64,000 bases of DNA, taken from positions 1,470,670 through 1,534,669 of the forward strand of contig ML992505.1 of NCBI GenBank assembly GCA_010093995.1, read 5' to 3'. Shown in pieces: positions 9,647 through 23,251 of this stretch. The notes under the pieces were generated by a model. It searched no databases. It saw only the letters and a program-made list of their open reading frames with translations, and was not told the origin of the DNA. Every line of letters begins with the position of its first letter. Within the stretch, counting starts at the first letter, position 1. The stretch comes from Elsinoe ampelina. Taxonomy: Eukaryota. Position numbers and translations under genes: made by a program.

Positions 9647-11969
9647 TCAAGAAGCCTTCTCATCCACCCCTCCCTTGCCACTGCTAGCATACTCCCCATC
9701 CTCCACGCCACCAAAGTGGTACAAGTCAGGACACACCGCCGTCTTGTCTCTCTTGACCTGTCCTCCGTCAGCACACCCATCACGTCATCGAAAGAGCATG
9801 TACCCACCCATCGTCTCACCCACCAAGGCAAAACCTCATGCAACTGATACCCCATATGCCTCCTCGTCGGCACCCCAAAGACATAATCCAACTCCTCCAA
9901 ACTCCTCTGCTTCGTCTCAGGCAACCACAAGAAAATCATCACAAACGCCACCAGATTCAACCCGGCATAAAACCCAAACACCCCCTGCACCGTCATGGTC
10001 GCCAACATAGCCGGCAGACACAAGCTGAGTATACTCGCCCAGAAATTATTCGTCGCCACGGCCCACGACATGCCCACCTCGCGATGCGACAAGGGGAACA
10101 CTTCGGCCGAGTAGGTGAAGGGGACGGGTCCTTCGCCTGGGCTGTAGAAGGCGGCGAAGAGGAAGACGAAGAAGCCGACCATGCCGAGCTGCGCGCGGTT
10201 GCCGGCGGGGATGAAAACGCACATCCCCGCGGCGAGGAGGGTCCAGAACATGTTGGGGAAGGTGAAGAGGAGGAGGCCGCGGCGGCCGAATGTGTCTGGA
10301 TGACTATGTTAGTCGGAGGAGTGCGGGGGGAGGTGGTAGTAGGAAGCAAGCGACTTCGTGCAGGAGATGCAGGAAGGGAAGGGAACAGACCAATGGTGAA
10401 TACGGCTGGCCAGGCGAAGACAAAGTTTGAGAGGCCGAAGCCCCAGGATACGAAGAGGGCTTCGGTGTTGGAGGCTCCGGCTGCTTTGAAGACTGTATAA
10501 TGTTAACCATGGCTCGTGTTGGGGGTGTGATCGTCCCTTACTAGTACTTGAGTAAAATGCGATGATATTGATTCCGCACATTTGCTGAGCGATCATGACA
10601 ATGCCAGAAGCTTGTGTAGCGCGGCGGACGCGAGGGACGGTAAACAGCTCCACACAACGAGTGAAGAAGTTGTCCGTCTTCGCCACCCCTGAGGCGGCGA
10701 CGATGTCTGCTTCGGCCTTGAATTGCACATGGATGTAGTACAGATCTCTCGCAGCCTGGAGGGGCGTGTTACGCAGACGAAGCAAGGACCGGTAAGCCTT
10801 CTGGTACTTCTTCTTCCCCATAAGCCAACGAGGCGACTCGGCGCAGAACCAGATCCCAAGGCACAGCGGTACGGCAGGGATGAAGGCCGACCCGAGCTGA
10901 AGACGCCAAGCGATGCTCCCCGTGTTGATAACGGCGAGGTTGGCGGAGAAGCCGAGGAAGATGCCAAATGCAGTCCAGAGCTGCCAGGACATGACGAGGC
11001 CGCCACGGACGTTGGTGGGAGCGCTCTCGGCCGAGAAGACCGGGACGGTGACTTCCTTGAGACCCATGCCGATGCCGAGAAGGACGCGGCATACTGCGAG
11101 TTGCGGCCAGGTTTGGGTGAGGCCGGAGCCGAGCGGGGCGAGGAGGGAGAAGACGGCGGCGATGAAGATGGTGCCGCGGCGGCCGATGCGGTGGTTGATG
11201 GGGTCGGAGAGCCAGGCGGCGCTGATGGTGTTAGATTGGTGCCTATTAGGAGATGAACGAAGAAACTTACCAGAGGAAGATGGCAATGTATGGACAGGCA
11301 TTCACAAATCCCACCAGCCATGAATTTCTGTAGCATGTCCCTTCGAGCGAGCATGGTGTCGGTGGAGCTCCAGGTCCAGGGTCGACATCATCAATACCAA
11401 ATTCGAGAGGAAAGGACAGATTGGCACCGTTTGACCCTGTCTGATCCCAGCCCTGAATAGCGGCCGCGACCGAGTTGAGGATGATGGTGAAGTATAACCC
11501 CTTTGGGAGGTGCCATCTGCGTTTGGTCTCGTTACCGATTGCTTCTCGATCGGCGTCGTCGAGCTCCTCAATCATCTCGTAGCCGAAAGGGTCTTGTGCT
11601 ACTAGAGCTCCTTTACGGAGATCCTCGCGAATGTCCTGGAAGCCATACTCCTCGACGAAAGCGTCCACGTCGGCTAGCAGTCGCTCTTTGGGAATGCCAA
11701 TGAGAGGATTCTTGATCCTATGGTACGTCAGTGGCAGAAAGAGGAATAAACTGGTAATATACTGGCAGGTGCTGAAGAAGGTCTGGCCCTAAAGGAAAAG
11801 TACTACGGACTTACTCTCCTGTCTGGTTCGCCGACGCTGCCTGGGCTACGCTCTGCTTGCGGGAGACGATCGAGGCTTTGTGGGCGGGCTCTCCATAGTC
11901 ATTCCTGTTCATGTATCAATAGCGTGATCGGCCTGCGAAGTCTGAGACCTACTCTGTCTTTTCCGTCAT
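9647..11969 (-). CDS. MFS sugar porter (polyol/myo-inositol-like), multi-exon
   Basis: [102 protein letters not shown] across spliced ORFs. Confidence 0.92.
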
Positions 11970-13333
11970 GGTGGAAGCTTCCGACAGTGAATGGCAGAGG
12001 AGGAGAGGCTTAGCTGGGGGACGATGAATGCCTCTTCAATAAAGAGCAATGTTACCTCGAGTCATCATGTGCCACCTCAAGACAAGACGTCAAGAGCCCC
12101 TGCTTGAGCTTCGCAGGAATAAGCTCGATTGAGGCATGACCGGTGCACAATCACAACTTGGCGGATGAGGCCAAGATGCACCTACAACCAGTGGTATGCA
12201 TCGGCATCATCCGATTAGAGCAAGGGAGGTTCGTTTTCAGGCGTTTCGGACGATCATGGCATTCCTTTCGCGGCTCATCTGTGCGGGGTCGAGCTGGGCA
12301 ATGTAGACTTGACGTTTCGGTCTGCATCTACAGAGCTATGTTCCAAGAGCTTGGTCTGACATGTCGCCAGCCACTTGCGAAAGAGGCTGTCTTGAGTACT
12401 CTGAGATACGAGGATGTACCTCTGTCGAATGTATATTCGTATTCAACACTGTCGTTGCGATGGCATTGTGATCGCCACTACCATCGCCGGAGATGATGGA
12501 GACTCAGAATTCTAACAACAAGAATGGTGCGCATACCGCATTTTGAAGCGACACGTCGGTCGAAGTAGCCGGATCGTCCTCATCTCCAGGTTCGCGGCAC
12601 GGGATGAAGAATCCTCCGCGTTCTTTGCGGATCTGTGATTGGAGTGTCAGGCCGGCAGCAGAGACTTTAGCAATGAGTAGGTGTGAGGGGTTTAGGCGCA
12701 GTTCATGCCCATGATGACATGCATTTTACGGTTCGCCATTGCCCAGTCTGCAGGTTTGTTATGTTGAGCTTAACGGTACACATGTGGTATATGCAATAGC
12801 GAAGATGTTGTCGATAGGAGACACAGCAAGGAATGAGGTCAAAATCAAGCAAGACGAGACTTCTTGGTCAAACCTTCAAGAGTCTTGCCCATGTCTTGTC
12901 AAAATTGCCCGGAACTTGGTTGAATTGGCGGGCGATCCCGGGGCCCTTTGCTGAACGTGTGGGCATCGGATCAGGGACAACAAGTCATGGAAAAAAGGGT
13001 CATGTTTAATGATTCTTGCATTTTGATCTCGCCCTGCCAGATGGAGTCCATCCAGCTTCCAGGACTCTCCGAAGCGAGTGAAACGGGAAGCCAGTATACC
13101 AAAGTCATCTTCTCGGGTATAATGCGCATTCGATCAAGAGCAAATCATATTCTTTCATTCTCGTCCTTCACCTCTTCAATCAAACCCTTAGTTCTTGGTA
13201 GTCGTACCTTTCGACTATGCTGTAGCAGTATGGAGCACTACACTCTCGCTGCTTCTGCCACTTTGCTCTCGCCACATTCCCTGATTGGCTCTTGACCCGC
13301 ACCTACCTAGCTGAGACGTCGTCGATCGGGGCG

Positions 13334-15505
13334 CTACTGAGTTGCGCCCGACCTCCGAGATGGTGGAGCAGCTGTGTCTGATTGTTGATCGCGTGTATTT
13401 CGTCCCCTAGTCTGTTGGCGCTCCTGAGGCTGCATGTTGAATACTCTGGTAGGGCCAGGTGGATGAGGTGCAGGAGCAGGAGCAGGCACAGGTGTGGCGT
13501 TGTGGAAAGGTCGTGGCATGAAGCGGAAGAAGCCATGCCTCAATGGATGGTGCTGGAAAAAGCCATTGCTTGCATTCGAGCGCTGTGGCGGGATGGAAGG
13601 GAAGGGAGGAAAGCCAGGCAAGGGTCGACTGGCGGATGCTGGCGGCACCACAGGCGGCGCTGCTGCTGGCGCTCCTGGTGGAACAACGGGTGCTGCTGGT
13701 GGTTGTCCACGGACTCGGGATGGTGGTGCTGCTGCTGGTGCTGCTGGTGCTGCTGCCGCTGGTGGTGCGACAGGGGGCATGAAACCGGCCACTTGAGGGT
13801 TCACGCGTGGAGCTCCAGGATCAAGCGCCGTGGGAAGTACTCCAGTGGCATTCGGCGAGTCGACTATGTGCCATGTTTCGATAGCCCCGCACGCTTTTCC
13901 ACAGCGACATGGCTGGCGGAAGCGGTGAGGTCGTCTGAGCGATGCCATCAACAGCTCGGGTCGTGGTTCCGGCCGCATGCGCAAAGCGAAACCGCTCTCC
14001 CTGATGAAGAGACCACCATCTTCATCCATTTCTATTCTGTCTTTCGTGTGGTTTTCTGCCTGGTAGGATCCGTTGTCGTTGTCTAGAGTGGGCAGTCTCG
14101 GCGGAAGAGCGCTTCGCATCGGAAAATCCCAGTGAGAGCCCATCCTATTCTCTGCTGGTAACGCTTCCCATCGCCGACGATGTTGCTTAGCTCGCTCCAC
14201 CAAATCTTCGAATCCCTTCTTGTCCTCGTCACGAATATAACCAGTAATGGTCACAGGGAGGCCTCTGACATATGGCCAGGCAGCGCCGAGAATGCTTCGC
14301 ACTGTTGACGAATGACAATCCGAGTTTAATCTGAAGCCCGTTGATTCAGAAACCATCCTACTAGGATGAGGCATCCACAAGACAAGGGACTGCAGCAGTG
14401 GCATTTCGCGGAGTTTCAATGCATGCTCTGGGGTCCAGTCACTGGTGAAGTCGTCCATGAATGAAGCGTAGTCGCCAGCAACCGATCCTGGATGATTGTG
14501 ATAGAACCAATCGCGATCGTCTTTCACCTGGTAGCCGAAGAATTTCTTGTAGTCAATGTGATCAAGTGAAAGCTCCAGTCGTTTGATAGAATTGATCGGT
14601 GTCTTGGGTGAGGTGAAGAACTTCTCAATTTTCGAATAGTCTTCGAAGTAAAACGTGCTCCAGGCGTAAGCGGCACGGAGAGCCTCTTGGGTGACTTGAC
14701 GATTGAAAAGGAAGAGACTCTTATTCATTGTACTGTGAAAGCGCCGTTTCCCTTCGTATGTGAATGGCTGCACGACGTATCCGACACTTGCGAGGTATAT
14801 CCTGTCCCGGATCTCAAGTGGTAGGTCGAAGAGGCGAAAGCTTTGTCCATTCTTTGTCCACCATTCTGACATACTACAAGGATTGATGTAAGGCCAAGTG
14901 TAAGATTTGCCTCTTGACATCTGCCAGGCGACTTGGTCCAGATACTGGTGCAAGGGCCATTCGGTGTCCTTGCAGGAGCCTTTCGCGGTCGAGTAGAAGA
15001 TGACATCAATGCTGGATGGGATCACGCCAACAGCTGGTGTGATTCTGATTACTCTTGCATTCTCTTGTCCATTGGCAAGCCGGAGTATGACATGAGCGAT
15101 GGATGAGTGTGATTTGGGCGGCGAGTCAGGATACACCGTCTCCACAACAGCGTCGAAGTCGAGAGTCATCCTTGACAGGCGGGAGCGGTATTGTAGTAGT
15201 GCATCTCCCAGGATTTTCAAACTTTGGCCTACTTCATGCGTAATGAATATTCGTGCATCGACCGCAAGGTGGATGGCTGTATCTGGCCGGTGTGCCCAAA
15301 TAGATCGTGCCGGGATTCTGGTGACCTGCTCTTGTGAGAATATGGTGGGCTGCGCATGGTGAGGTGGATCTCGGGAGCAGCGAGTGGCAGGCATCGAGGA
15401 CCCATGGTCATCCGCGTCGTCGTCCATCGTCGTTGCCCGATGCGAGGGAAAGCCGGTGATTTCAGTGGGATATTGAATAGGGCGCAATATTATCGAGTCG
15501 GACAC
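13334..15505 (-). CDS. Hypothetical protein with F-box-like motif and Pro/Ala-rich C-terminus
   Basis: 723-codon ORF; FRLFDLPLEIRDRIY motif typical of fungal F-box-like families. The true start is probably the ATG of MDDDADD (~15427). Confidence 0.7.
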   Translation of the reverse strand: MSDSIILRPIQYPTEITGFPSHRATTMDDDADDHGSSMPATRCSRDPPHHAQPTIFSQEQVTRIPARSIWAHRPDTAIHLAVDARIFITHEVGQSLKILGDALLQYRSRLSRMTLDFDAVVETVYPDSPPKSHSSIAHVILRLANGQENARVIRITPAVGVIPSSIDVIFYSTAKGSCKDTEWPLHQYLDQVAWQMSRGKSYTWPYINPCSMSEWWTKNGQSFRLFDLPLEIRDRIYLASVGYVVQPFTYEGKRRFHSTMNKSLFLFNRQVTQEALRAAYAWSTFYFEDYSKIEKFFTSPKTPINSIKRLELSLDHIDYKKFFGYQVKDDRDWFYHNHPGSVAGDYASFMDDFTSDWTPEHALKLREMPLLQSLVLWMPHPSRMVSESTGFRLNSDCHSSTVRSILGAAWPYVRGLPVTITGYIRDEDKKGFEDLVERAKQHRRRWEALPAENRMGSHWDFPMRSALPPRLPTLDNDNGSYQAENHTKDRIEMDEDGGLFIRESGFALRMRPEPRPELLMASLRRPHRFRQPCRCGKACGAIETWHIVDSPNATGVLPTALDPGAPRVNPQVAGFMPPVAPPAAAAPAAPAAAPPSRVRGQPPAAPVVPPGAPAAAPPVVPPASASRPLPGFPPFPSIPPQRSNASNGFFQHHPLRHGFFRFMPRPFHNATPVPAPAPAPHPPGPTRVFNMQPQERQQTRGRNTRDQQSDTAAPPSRRSGATQ

Positions 15506-16486
15506 AGCAGAGTGTCAGCGCTGTCTCGGTGTATCCTGCTGTAGGTAGAGCGGTGCTTTACGAGCGTGGTGTTGTCGCCATTCTGGCGAATTCCAAGGGA
15601 CGACCAAGCTAAGAGGAAGTGTGAGAGTTGAAAATGAACCTGTAAGTAAGTGTGAAAGATGAAGAATCAGGTGGAAGTAAGTGTGAGCGGCGCTGGGTTC
15701 AATACGGTAGCTTTCTCGAGCACGTGCAAGCCCGTGATGTGTCCTTCAGGATCCGTTTGTCAAGTCACCTCGCGTTTTGCATGGCCCAAAGCAGATTACG
15801 TCGATCAGTCGTGGAGCGGAAGATGGTAAGAGGAAAGGTCTGCATCACATTTCCAATAATGTGCGATCTTCATCCTGTCACGTATTACAGAGTGTGTGGG
15901 CTCATTGCTTTCACCATGCATGCATCATCCATACTTTTTGATCAAGACGGACTTGACGAACCTTGCACCCCGAAGAGAGTCAATTCCAGGTCTTTTGTGA
16001 ACAAAGCGTTCAATTCAGTGGTGTCCTTCGCCTTAATCGCTCTACAGAAAAGAAAGGCATGTGACATGTTGCCGAAAAGCCTGTATATTAGAAGTGCGGC
16101 GGACAAAGGACCGACTGTCGTTGGAGGGGGCCAGCTCGTGCTTATATATCTCGAGCCCCACCGGGAATGGGCGTTTATTTGAGCTACTTCCAATAGCCAT
16201 CGTGTCTGGCGGTTTACTTTGATTATTGACGTTCCCACAACTTGGTCCATCTCCGCACCGACTCCTGTGAGACAAATATTGCTTTACATGGAGCTTTGCA
16301 AAGTTATCTGCCCACCGCGTGGAGCTTGACTTTCTTTCTTACAAAAGAGGTCATCTCCAACTTCATTGATCCCTCCGCTCTCGGCCTTTGAAAGTCAATT
16401 CGACATTCCACATTGGGATCATTCTCCATCTCACCCTATCAGTACTTCCGCGTTATCGCGTCCCGTGCGAGGGGTAGCAAGGCATC

Positions 16487-17309
16487 ATGTCGTCGCAAGA
16501 GGCCATCCGCGCTCTTGAGCAGGTGCGCCAAAGGCTCAACAACCTGTCGACTCAGCTTGGCACCTTGCGCCGCGATCTCGAAGGACATGAGGTACTGCCA
16601 TCGTGGTGAGTGACAGGAGGTGTATGCGGCTCTGTGCTCATATTGACCATACTACAGGACATCGATACAGAACTCAGCGACACTACTATCACACAATCTC
16701 GCGTCCCTCCATGCTACGCTCTCATCCGCTCAACCACTCTTGACTGCCGCACATGCCTACCCCCTGCCATCCTATCCTGCACGCACGCAAGAGCACAGTC
16801 TCCTCATGCTCATGCGCAAGAAGCTACAACCACCTGTCGAGGACTGGATAGAAGAAGGCGCAAAGCGAGGCAGCCAGATTTCAGGATCAGATGGTGACAA
16901 GCAGGTCAACGGCACGACCAATGGCGTACACAAGACGTTGAAGCAAGACGAGCTAGACGACCTCTGGGCTTGGGCTGGTCAAGCTGCGAACGGAATAGCC
17001 AGGGAGATTGGGGATGACGCCTTTGCCGACGTCTTTACACTAGCCGAGCACGAGGATGGTATTGAGAATGTGGTGACAGGACTACGCAGGCAGTTTTGGG
17101 AGAGTGATTCGGAGGATGAAGAGGAAGGAGGAGAAGGCAAGAAGACGGATGAAATGGACGTTGATGAAGTCGATACCAGACCGGACATTATCAAGAGGAT
17201 GGATCGACCTGGAATAGACAAGAGCAGGCCGCCACTATCATTGGAGACAATTCTCAAGTTCACCAATACTGGCCAGATGCCTCCAGGCTCTTCTATACCT
17301 ACAGCGTAG
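16487..17309 (+). CDS. MED8: Mediator subunit 8
   Basis: Exon 1 MSSQEAIRALEQVRQRL...LPSW; intron ~16606-16657; then AYPLPSYPARTQEHSLLMLMRKKLQPPVEDWI and PPLSLETILKF. Confidence 0.88.
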
Positions 17310-18878
17310 ACTGATCTTTTGCTTTTTAGATACCCAGCCCTGCCATGGCACTTTTCGTTCACGCAAGAACCCCGAAGTCAGTCGATCGATGATCTCGTGT
17401 CGATGAGTGGTGACAATGAGGGAGATAAGCATGTGGTCTCACATGTTCGCTTTCCAGCGCGCTCCGGAAACGAGTCACGATTCATGGACGCGAACATCGA
17501 TTCTGTCAGTGTACGACCTTCCATTACAACTTCCAATCTGACTCGACCGGACCGTCGGATCCCTGGACCTCCGAATGGGCAGCTACCTAGATGTAGCGCT
17601 TCTCTTCACTGTCTGACTACTAAGATCAAGCCGGTTGATAATGGCTTCCATAGTCCCATTCAAGGGCGCAGAATCGCTCATCCCTCATCACGGAATGGGC
17701 TTTCGTCCAAGATCTTCCAGGCATCGATCCAAGTGTTCGCCTTCAAGGGGATATCTAGATCGATCCAAATTGCGGGGGACATCAGCAATGTGACTGTCAG
17801 AGGAGCTTTACCAGACTCTATCGACGAAACATTCTATCAACTCGGGCAAGACAAAGCTGTACCTGTCGACCGCGATCACACCCGCTTCAATGAAGCGGTG
17901 TGGTGACTGCGTTCGGAATCCACAAAGGCCGAGCGGACTTCAAGATCAGGCATGTCCACAGCGATTACTACAAGATTCGCAAACATCAACGCGCCGGCAA
18001 CTTTGTCGATATTGAAGCGAGTCCCTGGCGAGATCACCCGTGCGTTCGAGCTGTGGTTCTGCAGACTAGATCCACAAACGTGGTCCACTGGGCAGGGGTG
18101 CTTCACGCCTTGAGTGAAAATAGTGAGTGAAAATGGTCCTCCCTTGACTCTGGATCCGAATACCCTTGAGGCTACTGGAATGAATCCCTACCGCGCCCAG
18201 GTCAACACGCAAGCTTTCACCGCGCATCCGCTCATATCCATAGGAACTGGATAGATGCCAAAGAGGTTGGTTTGCGCCCTTTGGTGCCTTGCTTTCCCCC
18301 CCCCTCGAGAACATGCATTCGAGATTGTGAGACGTCGGTTTCGATGCCTGCTAGTATAGGTGTACGGGTTCACTCCATGTGAGGATTATGTAGCACTGAC
18401 TGCGCAATGTATTCCTGATAATGCCGCGCGAGAACGACATTGCCATCGCTCCCTACCTTGTTCCTTCACCTCATTGCTCTGCGGTAGATCAGCTTACAAT
18501 GGCATGGCATGATTGTGTAAGCGACGAATGGGTACTTTCGTCAATGTCCCATATCGACATGGGCTCGCACCACGCCTCGAATATCGTGCTTCCGAAGAAG
18601 TTCGTTGGAAAGCAGAAGTGGACAGTGTCGCCTCGTGGAATGAGCCGAGCCGATGGCCCCCCCTTTCGGCGACTGGAGGATCCCCGTTGATCCCCAGATT
18701 TGGCTCTGCATCTGCCCCAGAAATGAGAAATGACGAGGTTTTTTCGGCCCCAACATTCGGCGATCAACATCAAAAAAAGTCCAAAGCCATCTTGGACCCA
18801 AGAACGGCGGTGGCACCACTTGATTGAGATGCCGGCACCCTGTTGCCGAGGACTGGTAGAGATCTCGCTTTCCATATC

Positions 18879-20844
18879 ATGATCCTTCTCTTCCCGTCGC
18901 TCTCTCGCAGCATTGTTCGGTCAAGACGCTCTTTTGGTAGCTCCCTCACATTTCCCTGTCAGCACGCGACTTGTTGGAGAAAAATGTCGACGCTACCACG
19001 ATATCCCATCTTTGAAGCTCTCACAAAGCACAATCCCGAGTCGACGGCCATTGTCCATTCGGTCTCGGGGAGAGCATACAGCTATGGACAGCTTGTAGGT
19101 GACATTTCGTCAAGAGCGAAGCAAATTGCAGCAGATGCTGGTCGCAGCGAGGGCGAGCTCAAGGGCGAGCGAATAGCTCTGCTCATAGAGAATGGCTACG
19201 ACTACGTAGGTAGGTACAAGTATGTTCTGCAGCTCTTCCTCTCTGATCTTCCCAGTAAATCTCCTCTCAATCATTGCTAGCGATGCAATTGCTGTACCTC
19301 TCTCTCCTACCTTTCCAGCCGGCGAACTACGATATGTACTCGACCATTCAGAAGCATTGATGCTCCTCTCTTCCTCCAAATTTGCCGACAAGGCACGCGA
19401 AACACTCTCCGAGGGCCTCACAAATGTCCCCATTTCCGCTTCTGCAGAAAAGACCAAGGAAGACTCGCCTCTCCGAACGACCCCTCCCCTCCACGATCTG
19501 ACAGGACAAGAGCAAGGAGGGCTGATGCTATACACAAGCGGCACCACATCCCGACCGAAGGGCGTGCTCCTCTCCACCTCCACACTGAATGCGCAGTGCC
19601 AATCCCTCCAGACCGCCTGGTCCTACTCGCCCTCCGACTACCTCCTCCACGTCCTCCCTCTCCACCACATCCACGGCGTGGTGAACGCCATCCTCACCCC
19701 TCTGCTCGCAGGCAGCACCATCGAATTCCTCTTCCCCTTCAACCCAACCCAAGTCTGGCAACGCTTCGCCGCGCCATTCCTCTCCACTCCCACGTCCCAA
19801 AAACCAATCACCTTCTTCACCGTCGTTCCCACCGTCTACGCCCGCCTCCTCGCGACTTACCCATCACTTCCAGACCTCCACTCCCCCCTCCTCAAAGCCA
19901 TGCACCCCTCCACCCTCCGCCTCAACATCTCCGGGTCTGCCGCCCTTCCCACTCCAACCAAATCCGCCTGGACCGCCTTGACCGGCTGCAACGTCCTCCT
20001 CGAGCGTTTCGGCATGACCGAAGTCGGCATGGCCCTCTCCTGCGGCCTGGCCGTCCCCGACCGCGTAGACGGCAGCGTCGGCTGGCCTCTACCCTCCGTG
20101 CAAGCGCGTCTTGCCAATCTGGACGACGGGAGCATCATCCCCTCCACGAACCTGCGCGACGACGAAGGTAAAGATATACAAGGCGAGATCCAGCTCAAGG
20201 GACCCACGGTGTTTAGCGGGTACTGGCGCAACCCCGCCGCGACGGAGAAGGAATTTACGAACGACGGGTGGTTCAAGACGGGGGACGTGGCGGTACGGAG
20301 AGAGGTGGACGGGGCAGGGACAGGGGCGAGTGGGGAGTGGGCGAGGGGTCCAGCGTGGTTCATCCTGGGCAGAGCGAGCGCGGATATCATCAAGACGGGA
20401 GGGGAGAAGATCTCTGCTCTCGAGGTGGAGAGGGAAATGCTCTCTTTGCCGGAGATCAGCGAGGCGGCTGTCGTGGGACTGCCGAGCGTGAGTTGGGGGC
20501 AGAAGGTGGCTGCCGTGGTGGTGCTGACGGAGAAGGGGAAGACGGCGGGGAGGAATGGTGGGGTGATGGGTGTGTTGGATTTGAGGAGACGGTTGAAGGA
20601 TCGGTTGGCGGCGTATAAGATTCCGCAGGATTTGTTGGTGGTGGAGACGATACCGAGGAATGCGATGGGGAAGGTGAATAAGAAGATGTTGGTCAAGGAG
20701 TGTTTTGGGGATGAAGGGAGTATTAGGAAGAGGAGTATTGTTAGTGAAGAGGAGAAGAGGAGGTTGAAGCTGGAAGAGAAGGAGAGGTTGAAGAAGGAGG
20801 TTGGGGGCATGGGGGAGGTGGTGGTGGAGGAGGGAAAGCGGTGA
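18879..20844 (+). CDS. AMP-binding acyl-CoA synthetase (malonyl-CoA synthetase/ACSF3-like), possible mitochondrial presequence
   Basis: YTSGTTSRPKG, LPLHHIHG, LERFGMTEVG, GWFKTGD, DIIKTGGEKISALEVE, PRNAMGKVNK; intron 19210-19255. Alternative start at 18984. Confidence 0.92.
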
Positions 20845-21177
20845 TGAAGCGGTGGAGATGTACGTGATATGAGACAATGTAAGATTATTCACTTCAGGGG
20901 TCTCTTCCGCTCGACTGCATGTCTGAGACTGGCATTGGCGCATCAGTGTCTGGCAATACAATGTTTGCGCTACTCACTTTGGTACAGACACTGTCGGCTC
21001 GATAAAGACGTAAGCAATCGAACTGAGACCCTCACATCTTCAAATTCGACATGGATGGCAGGATACAAACACCAGCTGTAGGGCAGTGTAAGTATCGTCT
21101 CTCCAAACCATCAGCACCCTCTCTCAAACCCCAAACATCCTCCGCATCCCCTTACCCATATTCCCTCCAGAAAGCAA

Positions 21178-22200
21178 TGTCTCCAGCCCACAGCAGATTC
21201 CTCTGGGCTCTGGCCCCGAACGCAGACCTCTATCGTCAGAGCGAGAATACACTCCGCCGCATCGCTTCAGAGCTCAACATCGAGATCCTGCCATCGGACA
21301 GGAAAATCGACATGCGACTTGAGATCCGACAATACGGCATCGACTTCAGATGGAAGAGAGGCAGCATCTACGACTTGTCTAGACTGAATAACTTACTTGC
21401 ATCCAAGGCGACCCACGATGAGCTTCTATACGTCCTGACATTGCATAAGCTCAACCGGTTTGGTGATGACAGAGAAGACATGAACGAAGCGGGCGCGAAG
21501 AAAGATAGCAGAGAGGGAGAAAGCAAGGAAGAAGACGGGAAATGGACTGCTCAAAAGGCAGAAATGGTCATCGCCTACTGCAAGAACCAAGAGACCATCA
21601 GAGCCAACCCCTCTGGTGACAAGACAAAGTCCACGAGTCCCTACTCCTCGCCGACACCCCCCAGCCAAGTCGCAGGCCCTCCGCCCTTCAAACAAGACCA
21701 GTATCAACCGATCTGCCCACGCTCCACATCGCCCTCGCAAAGAAACCCGGGTAGACCCAGCCAACCCCGAGCCTCCTGCTCTTCCTGTCCCAACATCAAC
21801 CACGTCCCTGCCTTACCATCCAAGGCGCAGCGGTAGGGTCAGCTCGACGGCCATTCCCGAGACACTTCCTGGTCGAGCTGCTCTCATGCACACGCTGGTC
21901 CGCGATACTCTATTGTCTATGCATGAGCATGGCTTGGCGCTCGAGGGGAAGGGGATGGTTTCTCCTACGCGCCTTCACCGTGGAGGGATGAGGCCTGGGT
22001 CTAGGAGGACGGGAGGGTTGAGATGATCCGGACGATAATTGGTCAAAGTGACGAGGCCAAGGCTGCTGGACCTGGACGGACATGGTACGCTGGTCAGAGG
22101 ATATCTTTCAGGGGGAGGTGGCTTGGGAGGCGGGATGCTGTTTTTCGAGTGGTACGGGATCACGCACTGGAGGGGAGATCGACAGGGCGGTGAAGAAGAT
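21178..22200 (+). pseudogene. Hypothetical or possibly degraded gene
   Basis: ORF MSPAHSRFLW.. (to 21836) overlaps a second protein-like frame (21616-22026) that continues past two stops into 22039-22308. No family recognised. Confidence 0.3.
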
Positions 22201-22239
22201 ACCTTTCGGTTGGGGCTATGTACAGCTGGTCTGTTGCGC

Positions 22240-23251
22240 TTACCAATTCGCTCTGTTTTTGAGCTTTTCGTTCTGGATGATCTCGATCCAGTAGTTGTCT
22301 GGGGATGATTAGAGGAGTCAGCAGAGTAATTTTGAAAGGGTGCATACCTGGGTCAAGCACGAATGCAATATTCTTCATCCTTCCATCTGTCAATCGCTTC
22401 TTCCAGTTGACGCCCTTCTCCTCGAATCGCTCGCAGGCTTTGTCAAGGTCGTCTACGGCCAAACAGATGTGGCCGAATCCTTGTGGCTCGTCGTTGCCGT
22501 TGTGGTAGACTTGGCCTTCTTCCTTCTCGGTGCCGTAGTTCCAGGTCAGCTCGAGTAGTCCTTCCCGGTCTGCGACGGGGTTGACACCGTTTGCTGTCTG
22601 CTTTGGCGCTGGTGATCCGTAGCCGAGGAAGTACAGATTGAACTTTGCGGCTTCGTTCTCGCTCTTGCGCTTGAGCTCCATACCCATGATATCAGTGTAG
22701 AAGGAGATGCTCTTCTCGGGGTCCTTCACGCGGATCATTGTGTGGTTCATCCTGTACTTGCCAGTGTCGGTCGTCTTGATGCTTTCGGTCTCCTCGAGAG
22801 GCTTTTGGCCAATGACTTCGACCCAGTATCCATCGGGGTCTAGAACAAAAGCGATGTGTCTCATACGGCCGTCAGTAAGCTTCTTCTGAAATTTGTAGCC
22901 TTCGTCTTCGAGGCGCTGGCATGCGGCTTGCAAGTTGTCGACCGAGACGCAGACATGTCCAAAACCTTTATGTGGATCTGTGTTGCCATTGGTGATCTTG
23001 TAGTTGTCATCGGATTCAGTCCCGTAGTTGTGAGTAAGCTCGATGATGCCTTCTCGGTCTGTCCAGGCTGCACCAGCAGAGGCGGCAGAAGGAGAGTCGT
23101 AGGCGAGAAAGTACAGGTCGAATTTAGCATCAGGATTTGGGATCTTGTTGATCTGTTTCATGCCCAGAAACTCGTAAAAGGCAAGCGATCGCTTTGGGTC
23201 CTTGACCCGCAGCATGGTATGGTTGAACTTGTACTTTGATGGGTCCGTCAT
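22240..23251 (-). CDS. GLO1: Glyoxalase I (lactoylglutathione lyase), two-domain fungal type
   Basis: Two repeats of NHTM(L/I)RVKDP..FxLYFLxY..ELT(H/W)NYGTE..GFGHxC..LDPD(G/N)YW; a 3' intron ~22299-22347 gives DNYWIEIIQNEKLKNRANW*. The 5' end may extend upstream. Confidence 0.95.

Noticed and set aside
11970..13300. Short ORFs upstream of the MFS transporter
   Set aside because: No motifs or convincing splice structure; most likely promoter or intergenic DNA.
17319..18300. 195-aa ORF and downstream fragments between MED8 and the acyl-CoA synthetase
   Set aside because: No recognisable motif, and stops interrupt both strands; could be a relic but cannot be supported.
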